A DNA stretch of 64,000 bases from Akkermansia sp. (GTDB taxonomy: Bacteria > Verrucomicrobiota > Verrucomicrobiia > Verrucomicrobiales > Akkermansiaceae): NCBI GenBank assembly GCA_030523775.1, contig JAUNHW010000012.1, positions 6,715-70,714 of the forward strand. The letters run 5' to 3'. Positions 48,102-58,905 of this stretch are shown here, one piece after another (position 1 is the stretch's first letter; each line of letters begins with the position of its first letter). The notes below the pieces were generated by a model, which was not told the origin of the DNA, did not search any database, and saw only the letters and a program-made list of their open reading frames with translations. The position numbers and the translations under genes were made by a program.

Positions 48102-50792
48102 CTACAGGCCCAGCTCCTCCATGGCCTTCTCTTCCGCCTCCTGCTGCAGGGCATCCGTGTCCACGCCCTCGTACACGCGGTCATCTATGGAGTTGCCCAT
48201 GATGAAGCTCCCTGCCATCATGGGCACGGCGACATCCACGTTCGTGGAGAAATAGCCGCCGCCCAGCTTTTCCCAAGCCAGGCGGGCCACCTCCGGAAGC
48301 AGCTTTTTCTCCCCGGCGGCCAGCCCGGCGAATTCCTTGCCCTTGGCATTCTTGATGCGGTCCAGGTAGGAGCTCGCCACGGCTGCCACCTTCTGAGATT
48401 CCTCCACCAGGGGCTTCTCCTGCAGCTCGTACTCGTAGCAGATTTGCGCCACGCGCTGTTCCGCGTCATCAATGGCGGCATTCCACTGCTCGCGGGGCAT
48501 GGCCTTGATTTGCGGCACCACCTGGTCCGTGTATGCATCTACTTCCTTCCTGCACGCCTTGTACAGGGCGCTGCTCTGCTTTTCAATCTCTGCGCGGCGC
48601 GCCACCAGGGATTCCAGCTTCTTTTCATCCACCACCCGGTGATACAGGCTCTCCACCGCAGCATCACGCTCTTTCTCCTTCTGCGCCCGCACCTCCTTCA
48701 TCTCCCTGCGCAGCGTGTCGCGCGCGCCGTCCTCATCCGGGCTGGCCACGTGCGCCAGGTTTCTGTACGGCTCGATTTCCTCCCTGATGCGCTTCTCAAT
48801 GCCACCGAGCAAATCCCGCTCGTCCTCCGTGACAAATGTGAACTCGGACGACTTCCCGCAGTTGTCGATGATATAGCGGAGGGGATACTCCACCTCCGAG
48901 TGGAAGCGCTCCCGGAAATCGCTCATCTTCTTGCGGTACTCGCGCTCGCACGCCAGGATTTTGCCATCCGTGTCCGACTCTATCTTGGAGACGTCGTCCA
49001 TAGGTGCGGCCTTGGCCTTGGCGATGCCCTCCGCGGCGATGCGGTCCATGGCTTTCAATCCCTCCTCCGGAATGGCCGCATACTCCTTCTTCATCTGCTC
49101 CGCCTTCTGCATGAGCTCCACCATGCCGCTCTGCGCGTGCACCTTTTGGTACAGGGCCTCGGTCATGCGCTCCTTGTCGATTTCACTTTGCCGCTCCTGC
49201 TGCTTGCGTTGGAGATTGCGCTGGCGCCGCTGCTCCTCTGCATGGGCCTCCTTGGTTTCACGGAGCACGCCTCTCAGCGCGCGCTCTTCCTCGTTTTTCA
49301 GCTGGGAGAAATTGTCGGTGGAGTTCAGGCTGTAGAAACTGTAGTTTTCACATTGCCCCACAGCCTTGGAATGCACGCGCGAGGAAACGGCGTGCATGAG
49401 CGCCAGCTTTTCCGCCGTGGAGAGCCCCGGCCAACCCCGGCCGCTTTCCATGGATTCCAGGGCGGCCCGGAAGGGCGTGACGACCTCTCGCTCGTATTGC
49501 TTGTCCAGCTCCTTGAGCTTTTCCTGGCAGGCGGCTGCCAAGCTTTCGAACTCTCTGTCAGCCGGGCTTGAATCCTCAGCCAGCGCCTGATTGCCCCGGC
49601 AGCGCTCCCTGTGCTTGCGGCAATCATCACTGAACTGGCTGGCGAGCTTCGCCCCGTCCGCCTCGAACTGCCTGTTTTTCTCCAGCAGCTTGTCTATCCC
49701 GTAATACTCCCAGGCGCGCTCCGTGAGCGCATCCAGATTCACCTCTCCACCGGCTGTTTCCACCGCGGGCGTTTCCCCGTCATCCCCGCGCGGTGCGGTT
49801 TTCGGCCCCGCCACGCACCAGCCCAGCACGGCGGCGGCCAGCGCGCCGCCCCACAGCAGGAAACGGCGCCGCCGCTTTTGGAGGAACCTGCGCGGTTGGC
49901 GCCTGCCATCCAGCACGGCCAGCCATTCCGCCGCGTTTTGACAGCGTTCCGCGGCGCGCAGCTCCAGGTTGCACATAATACCCGCCGCCAGGTGCGGCGC
50001 GGCCTGCACGCGTTCCGGCTGCAGCTTCTCCAGCGGCACCAGGCTGTCATCCACCATGCGGCGCAGGGTTGTCTCCGGTGCGCAGTTTGAAAAGACCTCG
50101 TACCAGGTGCAGGCCAGGGCGTAGAAATCCGTCCACGGGCCTATTTCCCCCTTGCCGGAGAGTTGCTCCGGCGCGGCGTACGCGGCGGAGAGCGCGCCCT
50201 GCGTGAGCGTGTGCGTGAGGCGGGAAATGTTCACCGCGGAGCCGAAATCCACCAGCACGGGCCGCCCGCTCTCGTCGAACATGATGTTCTCCGGCTTGAT
50301 ATCGCGGTGGATGATACCCTGCGCGTGCATGTGCGCGAGCGCATCCAGCAGCTGGCGCAGCCAATCCTCCACCTGCCCCGCGGGCAGCGGCGCATCCGCA
50401 GCCTCCGCAGTGTCCAGCCGCGCGCGCAGCGTGTCGCCCTCCAGCCAGTGCATCACGCAGAACAGGCTGCCGTGCGCGGCGAACACATCATGCACCTGCA
50501 CGATGTTCGGGTGGTTCAATTTGGCCAGCAGGCGCCCCTCCTTCTGGAGGTCCGCCATGGCCATTATGTACGCATCCTCCAGCTCCGGGCGGGCGGGCAG
50601 GATATGCCCGCTGTCGGCGTCTCTCACGCAGATTTCCTGCGGAAAGCACTCTTTGATGGCCACGTTCCGCTCCAGGGATTTATCCCAGCCCACATAAGTG
50701 ATGCCGAAGCCCCCCTGGCCGCGCGCAGCCAGGATTTTGTACCTGTCGTTGCCGAGGACGGCCCCCGGCGGCAATGCGCTGACCAGTTGCAT
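48102..50792 (-). CDS. Membrane-anchored Hanks-type Ser/Thr kinase with a long helical C-terminal domain
   Basis: GQGGFGITY, VAIKE, HRDIKPEN, DFG, YAAPEQ, DFYAL; basic stretch plus TM FLLWGGALAAAVLGWCVAG. Confidence 0.92.
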   Translation of the reverse strand: MQLVSALPPGAVLGNDRYKILAARGQGGFGITYVGWDKSLERNVAIKECFPQEICVRDADSGHILPARPELEDAYIMAMADLQKEGRLLAKLNHPNIVQVHDVFAAHGSLFCVMHWLEGDTLRARLDTAEAADAPLPAGQVEDWLRQLLDALAHMHAQGIIHRDIKPENIMFDESGRPVLVDFGSAVNISRLTHTLTQGALSAAYAAPEQLSGKGEIGPWTDFYALACTWYEVFSNCAPETTLRRMVDDSLVPLEKLQPERVQAAPHLAAGIMCNLELRAAERCQNAAEWLAVLDGRRQPRRFLQKRRRRFLLWGGALAAAVLGWCVAGPKTAPRGDDGETPAVETAGGEVNLDALTERAWEYYGIDKLLEKNRQFEADGAKLASQFSDDCRKHRERCRGNQALAEDSSPADREFESLAAACQEKLKELDKQYEREVVTPFRAALESMESGRGWPGLSTAEKLALMHAVSSRVHSKAVGQCENYSFYSLNSTDNFSQLKNEEERALRGVLRETKEAHAEEQRRQRNLQRKQQERQSEIDKERMTEALYQKVHAQSGMVELMQKAEQMKKEYAAIPEEGLKAMDRIAAEGIAKAKAAPMDDVSKIESDTDGKILACEREYRKKMSDFRERFHSEVEYPLRYIIDNCGKSSEFTFVTEDERDLLGGIEKRIREEIEPYRNLAHVASPDEDGARDTLRREMKEVRAQKEKERDAAVESLYHRVVDEKKLESLVARRAEIEKQSSALYKACRKEVDAYTDQVVPQIKAMPREQWNAAIDDAEQRVAQICYEYELQEKPLVEESQKVAAVASSYLDRIKNAKGKEFAGLAAGEKKLLPEVARLAWEKLGGGYFSTNVDVAVPMMAGSFIMGNSIDDRVYEGVDTDALQQEAEEKAMEELGL

Positions 50793-50823
50793 GGCCCCAC
50801 CTTTCAAAATGGCGTCACCCGCC

Positions 50824-51189
50824 CTACTCCGCGGGCTTGTCTTCGCTCGCCCCCAGGCGCGGCACCTCGTCCGCCAGGAACTCCGCCAGCGTCTTGCCGC
50901 AGCGGAACGCCTTTTGCTCCAGCGCCTTGCGGGTGGAGGAATCCAGGCTTAGCGTCACCAGTGTCTCCTCCTGCACCTTCACCCGGCTGGGCAGGGAGAG
51001 GGGGAGCTGCTTGATGAGCTCGCGAATGATGTGCTCCTTCGCCGCAGGAATGGGCTTGCGCGCCATCCAGTTGCGAACCGTCGCTTCCGTGACATAGCAC
51101 TTATCCGCCAGCCATGCGTAGTTCATGCCGTTGGCTTTCAGCCAAAGCTTGATGTTGACCTTCAGCTCGTCTTGGTTTGGTGCTTCCAC
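50824..51189 (-). CDS. Putative DNA-binding protein: N-terminal XRE-like HTH plus C-terminal RHH-like segment
   Basis: IKLWLKANGMNYAWLADKCYVTEATVRNWM; VTLSLDSSTRKALEQKAFRCGKTLAEFL. Confidence 0.75.
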   Translation of the reverse strand: MEAPNQDELKVNIKLWLKANGMNYAWLADKCYVTEATVRNWMARKPIPAAKEHIIRELIKQLPLSLPSRVKVQEETLVTLSLDSSTRKALEQKAFRCGKTLAEFLADEVPRLGASEDKPAE

Positions 51190-51196
51190 GCTCAAC

Positions 51197-51225
51197 AGTG
51201 TAGCAATTCTGCCATCATTTTGCAA
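51197..51225 (-). promoter_or_regulatory. Leaderless promoter of the HTH-kinase unit
   Basis: TTGCAA-17-TACACT, 7 nt before GTG 51189. Confidence 0.7.
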
Positions 51226-51275
51226 GAAATTTTACTGGTTTTCACCCATTTTATTTCTTTGATGGCGAAAAAAGG

Positions 51276-51304
51276 TTGACAATGTATCCAAAAACAGGTA
51301 ATTT
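51276..51304 (+). promoter_or_regulatory. Divergent promoter of the Zn-ribbon/Sel1 unit
   Basis: TTGACA-17-TAATTT. Confidence 0.6.
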
Positions 51305-51328
51305 TTGAAGCGTAAAAGCTACTTTGTA

Positions 51329-51835
51329 ATGCCAAACGTATCATTCACCTGCCCCTGCTGCGGCCGCCACCAGCTCATGCGCATTGAGCAGGCCATCCAC
51401 CGCTGCATCCTGCACTTTGCGGCAGACGACAAGGGCGGCATCTCTGCCCAGCCGCTGGACCGCGCGGACGAGCTGCACGGAGAAGTGCTGGGATACCGCT
51501 GCCAGCACTGCCGCTACCCCGACAACCGCAACGCCGACGACGGACCGGATTTCCTGTGGAAAACGCTGGATGACGTGCAGGCAGAGGGCGCCCTGGAGCT
51601 CAGCGACCAGCCGCCGCCGGAGCCGCGGCACTGCATGGTGTGCCACCCGGACGGCCGCCTGGAGCCCCTGGTGGTGGAATCAAAACGCCACGGAAAACTC
51701 ACCCAAACCCAGCGCCGCGCCATCCTGGCCGCCCGCAAGGCCCCCCAGGGCTGCATCCTGCTCTGCGAGCAGGACAAGGGCATCAAGAGCTTCTCCCCCC
51801 AAGACTGGCCCGCCGCGGAACACATGCGGGTGTAA
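51329..51835 (+). CDS. Hypothetical Cys-rich protein, putative zinc ribbon
   Basis: CPCC near the N-terminus, CQHC, CMVC. Confidence 0.7.
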   Translation: MPNVSFTCPCCGRHQLMRIEQAIHRCILHFAADDKGGISAQPLDRADELHGEVLGYRCQHCRYPDNRNADDGPDFLWKTLDDVQAEGALELSDQPPPEPRHCMVCHPDGRLEPLVVESKRHGKLTQTQRRAILAARKAPQGCILLCEQDKGIKSFSPQDWPAAEHMRV

Positions 51836-51855
51836 CCTCAAACCATGAACCCCAC

Positions 51856-54042
51856 ATGAAAATCCTCCCCATCCTCATCTCCTCCGTCATGGCTCTCAGC
51901 AGTGTCGCGTACGCAGACAAGGCCGTTGCAAACCTCGTCAAGCGCGCCCAGCAGCATGACGTGCCCGCCATGCGCACCCTGGGCATCCGCATGTACAAGG
52001 GAGGCTCTCCCGGCATCCCCACCGACCGCAAGGTGGCCCTCACCTGGCTCAACATGGCGGCCGACCAGAAGGATGAGGTGGCCCTCGTCTTCCTGGGCGA
52101 CATTTATGCCAAGGGATTCCACACTGCCAAGAATGAGCGCAAAGCTGCCAAATTCTACGCGGAGGCCGCCCAACTGGGCAACGACAAGGCTGTGGAGGCC
52201 ATGAACAAGCTGCCCGTCAAATACGCCCTTGAATGGCATGAGAGAAACGCCCAAAAGAAGGACTACGACAGCGCCATTCGCTTGGCTGAATACTACGTGG
52301 ACAAGGGAGATGGGGACGAAGCCCGCAAGAACTTCAAGATTGCCATCCAGGCCAACAGGGACAAGGCCGTGAAGCGCATGGCCAAGAAAGACATGGACAA
52401 GGCGGAAATCTTCTGGCGCGTTCTGGCAGACGACTTCAAGGATGGGGATGCCGCCATGCGCCTGGCAGACGCATACGGTACGGCAGACGGCGCAGCTTCC
52501 AATCCATCGGAAGCCGTCAAGTGGTTGCGCAAAGCTGCAGAGCGCAACCATGCCGAGGCTCAGTTCAGGCTCGGTCAATTATATCTGGCGGGAACAGGTG
52601 TGGACATGAACAGGCTAGAGGCCGCAAAATGGTTCCGCTTGGCCGCCAATCAAGGCCATGAGAATGCAAAAATGGCCCTTGCCAGTTGCTCTGTGACACC
52701 TGAAGTCGCGAAACCGACCGTCCCCGGGGGAAACCATGTTGAACATTTAAGGCCGACAAAAAAACTTGGAGAGGCGGCAGAGGCGCTTCGCATGGCATGG
52801 CGCTACAGGCAGGGTGGAGGAGTGGGCGACGGGCCCAAAGTCATTGAATCGTTCCGCAAGGCCGCCGAGCTGGGCCACCCCCAGGCACAGTACGCACTTG
52901 CATTGAGCCACATGTTCGGTTGGTGCGTGGCAAAAGACAAGCAAGAGGCCGTCAAATGGCTTCGCGAGGCTGCGGATCGCGGATATCTCTTGGCTCCATA
53001 CAAACTTGGCTGTTGCTACTATCTCGGAGAGGGAGTTCCCATGGACAGACAGGAGGCTGAAAGGTGGTTCCGCAAAGCCGCCGAACGGAACGATTTCGAT
53101 GCCCTGGTGTATTTTGAGGCCCATCGTGTAATAACAGACGAAAAGGACAGGGAGACAGATGCCGCCATGTGGTTCGCCACATCCGCGGCGGAGAGTGAAA
53201 GCAACTATCAATTGGTAAGGCAGGCAGAATCCGGAGATGCAAAGGCACAGTTCCTGCTCGGTGGCCGATATTGGAAAGGCGGTGATGTGGGTTTGGACAA
53301 GAGAGAGGCCGCCGGATGGTGGAGCTTGGCAGCCGAACAGGGGAATGCAGATGCCCAATGCTCACTGGCGTTGTATTACTGGGGGAACAATGGCACGGGG
53401 GGAAACCTGCCCGAAGCCGTTTATTGGTTTGGCAAGTCTGCCGAGCAAGGGCATGACATTGCTCAACATTTTCTTGGCCAATGCTACTGGATGGGCAAAG
53501 GCGTGACCATGGACAAGCAGGAGGCTGCCAAATGGTGGCGCAAGGCCGCAGAACAGGGAAACGCCCATTCTCAATTGAGCCTGGGTTTATGTTACCTCAC
53601 CGGACAAGGCGTGACCATGGACAAGCAGGAGGTGTACAAATGGTGGCGGAAGTCCGCAGAACAAGGAAATGCGGATGCCCAATGCGGGATAGGATGCTGT
53701 TTCCATGACGGCGAAGGTGTGCCGAAAGACTATGCAGAGGCCGTTAAGTGGTGGCGCAAGGCCGCAGAACAGGGGCACGCTCAAGCCCAGCGCAATTTGG
53801 CGGAATGCTATTATTGGGGAGACGGTGTGGACCTGGATGAACAAGAAGCAGCCAAATGGTGGAGTAAAGCTGCACAAAACGGAGACGCGAAGGCCCAATT
53901 TTGCCTTGGCAGCTGTTATAAAGCAGGGAAAGGCGTGCGCTCAGACGATCAAGAGGCTGTCAAATGGTGGCGCAAATCGGCTAGCCAAGGCTACGATGAT
54001 GCCATTGATATCCTCAACAAGTTGGGTATCCCCATGGAATAG
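51856..54042 (+). CDS. Secreted Sel1-like repeat protein
   Basis: Signal peptide; many 36-aa AQxxLGxxYxxGxGVxxDxxEAxKWxRKAAEQG units. Confidence 0.93.
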   Translation: MKILPILISSVMALSSVAYADKAVANLVKRAQQHDVPAMRTLGIRMYKGGSPGIPTDRKVALTWLNMAADQKDEVALVFLGDIYAKGFHTAKNERKAAKFYAEAAQLGNDKAVEAMNKLPVKYALEWHERNAQKKDYDSAIRLAEYYVDKGDGDEARKNFKIAIQANRDKAVKRMAKKDMDKAEIFWRVLADDFKDGDAAMRLADAYGTADGAASNPSEAVKWLRKAAERNHAEAQFRLGQLYLAGTGVDMNRLEAAKWFRLAANQGHENAKMALASCSVTPEVAKPTVPGGNHVEHLRPTKKLGEAAEALRMAWRYRQGGGVGDGPKVIESFRKAAELGHPQAQYALALSHMFGWCVAKDKQEAVKWLREAADRGYLLAPYKLGCCYYLGEGVPMDRQEAERWFRKAAERNDFDALVYFEAHRVITDEKDRETDAAMWFATSAAESESNYQLVRQAESGDAKAQFLLGGRYWKGGDVGLDKREAAGWWSLAAEQGNADAQCSLALYYWGNNGTGGNLPEAVYWFGKSAEQGHDIAQHFLGQCYWMGKGVTMDKQEAAKWWRKAAEQGNAHSQLSLGLCYLTGQGVTMDKQEVYKWWRKSAEQGNADAQCGIGCCFHDGEGVPKDYAEAVKWWRKAAEQGHAQAQRNLAECYYWGDGVDLDEQEAAKWWSKAAQNGDAKAQFCLGSCYKAGKGVRSDDQEAVKWWRKSASQGYDDAIDILNKLGIPME

Positions 54043-54081
54043 CATCCCACATGGCATAGGGCATTTTACTTGAAAGAAACC

Positions 54082-54258
54082 ATGACAAATCTTATACAAG
54101 ACTATTGGGCCATGTCGCCGCTGGCGGCGGTGGGGCTGGTGTTGCTGATATGCTGCCATTTGGGCAGGTGGAAAGGCGGCCTGAAGGTTGCCGGCAACGT
54201 TGTGGGCTGGGCGCTGGTGCTTATCGGTATCGGCAGTTTCCTGGGTTCGCTGGTGTGA
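54082..54258 (+). CDS. Small two-TM membrane protein (58 aa)
   Basis: Two hydrophobic segments separated by GRWKGGLK. Confidence 0.6.
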   Translation: MTNLIQDYWAMSPLAAVGLVLLICCHLGRWKGGLKVAGNVVGWALVLIGIGSFLGSLV

Positions 54259-54307
54259 GATAGAAGTTGACAGGGAAACACTCTTGGGGTTCAATGGAGA
54301 CTTGAAC

Positions 54308-54736
54308 ATGAAAGCGATTGCATCCTTGACATTGGCGGCCGCGCTGTGCGGCGGGGCGTGGGCGCAGCAGGGGAGCGCGTACACCACGCCGGGGGGAACC
54401 ACGCATTACACGGGACCGAACGGCTACCACGGCTCCTCCTACACCACACCGGGCGGCACCACACACTACCAGGACAACCGCGGCACGCGCGGCAGCTCCT
54501 ACACCTCGCCGGGCGGCTCCTCACATTAGACGGACAACAAGGGCTCGCTCGGCTCCTCGTACACCACGCCGGGCGGTACCACGCACTATACGGACAACAA
54601 GGGGCGCAGCGTCACCTCGTACACCACGCCCGGCGGCACCACCCACTACCGCGACAACCAGGGCCGCACGGGCACCTCGTACACCACGCCCGGCGGCACC
54701 ACGCATTACAGCGGGAACTTTTTCGACAAGAAGTAA
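54308..54736 (+). pseudogene. Secreted 20-aa-repeat protein interrupted by an in-frame TAG at 54527-54529
   Basis: Signal peptide then six SYTTPGGTTHY units; the frame continues past TAG to TAA 54734-54736; upstream TTGACA-17-TTCAAT. Confidence 0.8.
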
Positions 54737-54748
54737 GTAGCCTGCGGG

Positions 54749-55129
54749 TTATGGCAGGCGCTTTTCCTCCTCCGCCTGTTGGGGCGGGGTGCAGTTGCGC
54801 ATGGGGCGCTCCTGCGGGGCTTCGTCATTCGGCAAATTGTCTGCGCGGCGGTGCGCGGCGGATGCGATGAGGGCCACGGCGATGCCGAGCACGCCTATGT
54901 CGTCCAGCCAGCCGACAATGGGCATGAGATCCGGCAGGAAATCCACGGGCCACACGGCGTAGAGGATGGCGAGCACGGCAATGATGATGTTGCGCGGGGT
55001 GAGGAGATTCCCCTTCATGTGCTGCGTGCCCGCGCCCGCACGCTGCCCTGCGGGCTTGCCGCGGAACAGGCGCGCCAGCAGCTCGGGAATCGCCAGCAGG
55101 CATCCTGCCTTCTCGGGTGTTGCGCTCAT
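54749..55129 (-). CDS. YkvA/DUF1232-family membrane protein
   Basis: YAVWPVDFLPDLMPIVGWLDD. Confidence 0.85.
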   Translation of the reverse strand: MSATPEKAGCLLAIPELLARLFRGKPAGQRAGAGTQHMKGNLLTPRNIIIAVLAILYAVWPVDFLPDLMPIVGWLDDIGVLGIAVALIASAAHRRADNLPNDEAPQERPMRNCTPPQQAEEEKRLP

Positions 55130-55307
55130 GGGTTCAGTGTATACACCCCCTGCCCCGCATGGCAACACCAAACCGCGGCTGCTGCGTCATGGTGCCGTGA
55201 AACGCACCCTGCAAGCCAGTGAAAAAAGCCTCGTGTAGTCTTGGAATTCGCGCCAGGAGGATAATTGTCCTATAATTTGTTGGGTTTCAACGCACAGTAA
55301 ACACTCC

Positions 55308-55396
55308 CTGCCATTTTTATGTAGGAGATTCAACCGTATTCTGCCACTTTTATGTAGGAGATTGGGGCACATTCTGCCATTTTTCTGTAGGAGATT
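55308..55396. repeat. Three 23-bp direct repeats with a 33-bp period
   Basis: CTGCCATTTTTATGTAGGAGATT at 55308, 55341 and 55374 (1 mismatch each in copies 2 and 3). Confidence 0.9.
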
Positions 55397-55413
55397 TGAG
55401 CGCGAAGCGACTC

Positions 55414-55447
55414 AAAAACGCCCCGCTTGGTCCATGACCAAGCGGGG
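55414..55447 (-). terminator. Terminator of the gcv operon
   Basis: CCCCGCTTGGTC-CAT-GACCAAGCGGGG 12-bp stem; T5 tail on the minus strand. Confidence 0.8.
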
Positions 55448-55499
55448 TGTGTCATTCTCGCGCGGCGAACGCCGCGCCTAACTTACAAAATCGTCAATT

Positions 55500-55567
55500 G
55501 CCTGTCTCGGCGTTTTATCTCGGCGTAGCCCCACCGGGGCGTAGACGGAAGCTTTGCGAAGACGGAT
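55500..55567 (+). repeat. Nested REP-like element (one unit inside another)
   Basis: GCCTGTCTCGGCG[TTTTATCTCGGCGTAGCCCCACCGGGGCGTAGACGG]AAGCTTTGCGAAGACGGAT. Confidence 0.75.
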
Positions 55568-55575
55568 AAATTACT

Positions 55576-58410
<2,835 letters not shown>

Positions 58411-58500
58411 AATTTATTGAATATCAGTTAGTTATATTTTGTGAAAAGACAAGCATGCGGTCACACGCCGGGTGGGCATGCGACCGCATGGAAGTGGGGT

Positions 58501-58884
58501 TTACTTGCAGAATTCCTCGTAGGCGGCAGCGTCCATGAGCTCATCGAGCTCGGCGGGGTCGCTGATGCGGACCTTGCAGATCCAGCCGGCGCCGTTGGCA
58601 TCCGCATTCACGGTGGCGGGCTCTGCGTCCAGCACCTCGTTCACCTCCACCACCTCGCCGGAGACGGGGGTGTACACGTCGGAAGCGGCCTTCACGGACT
58701 CCACGGCGGCGATGTTGTCGCCCTTGGAGAAGGAGTCGCCCACGGCGGGGAGGTCCACGTACACGATGTCGCCCAGCTCAGACTGAGCGTGGTCGGTGAT
58801 GCCGAGGGTCACGATGCCGTCAACGACGGGGCTGACCCATTCGTGCTCGGAGGAATACTTGTAATCAGCGGGGATTGCACTCAT
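58501..58884 (-). CDS. gcvH: Glycine cleavage H protein
   Basis: HEW, GITDHAQ, ESVKAASD. Confidence 0.97.
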   Translation of the reverse strand: MSAIPADYKYSSEHEWVSPVVDGIVTLGITDHAQSELGDIVYVDLPAVGDSFSKGDNIAAVESVKAASDVYTPVSGEVVEVNEVLDAEPATVNADANGAGWICKVRISDPAELDELMDAAAYEEFCK

Positions 58885-58905
58885 GGTTGTAATTAGGTTT
58901 GGGGT

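Noticed and set aside
51640-51855. ORF-track N-terminal extensions (Sel1 from 51640, dinG from 16116, sdaA from 28712, HK from 19567)
   Set aside because: They overlap neighbouring genes; signal peptides or promoter positions support the shorter starts
54527-54529. Amber recoding (pyrrolysine or an alternative genetic code)
   Set aside because: TAG terminates several clear genes here (hinT, sdaA, the thioredoxin, kinase and Sel1 genes), and no pyl genes are seen
55308-55396. CRISPR array
   Set aside because: Spacers are only 10 nt, there are only 3 units, and no cas genes are present
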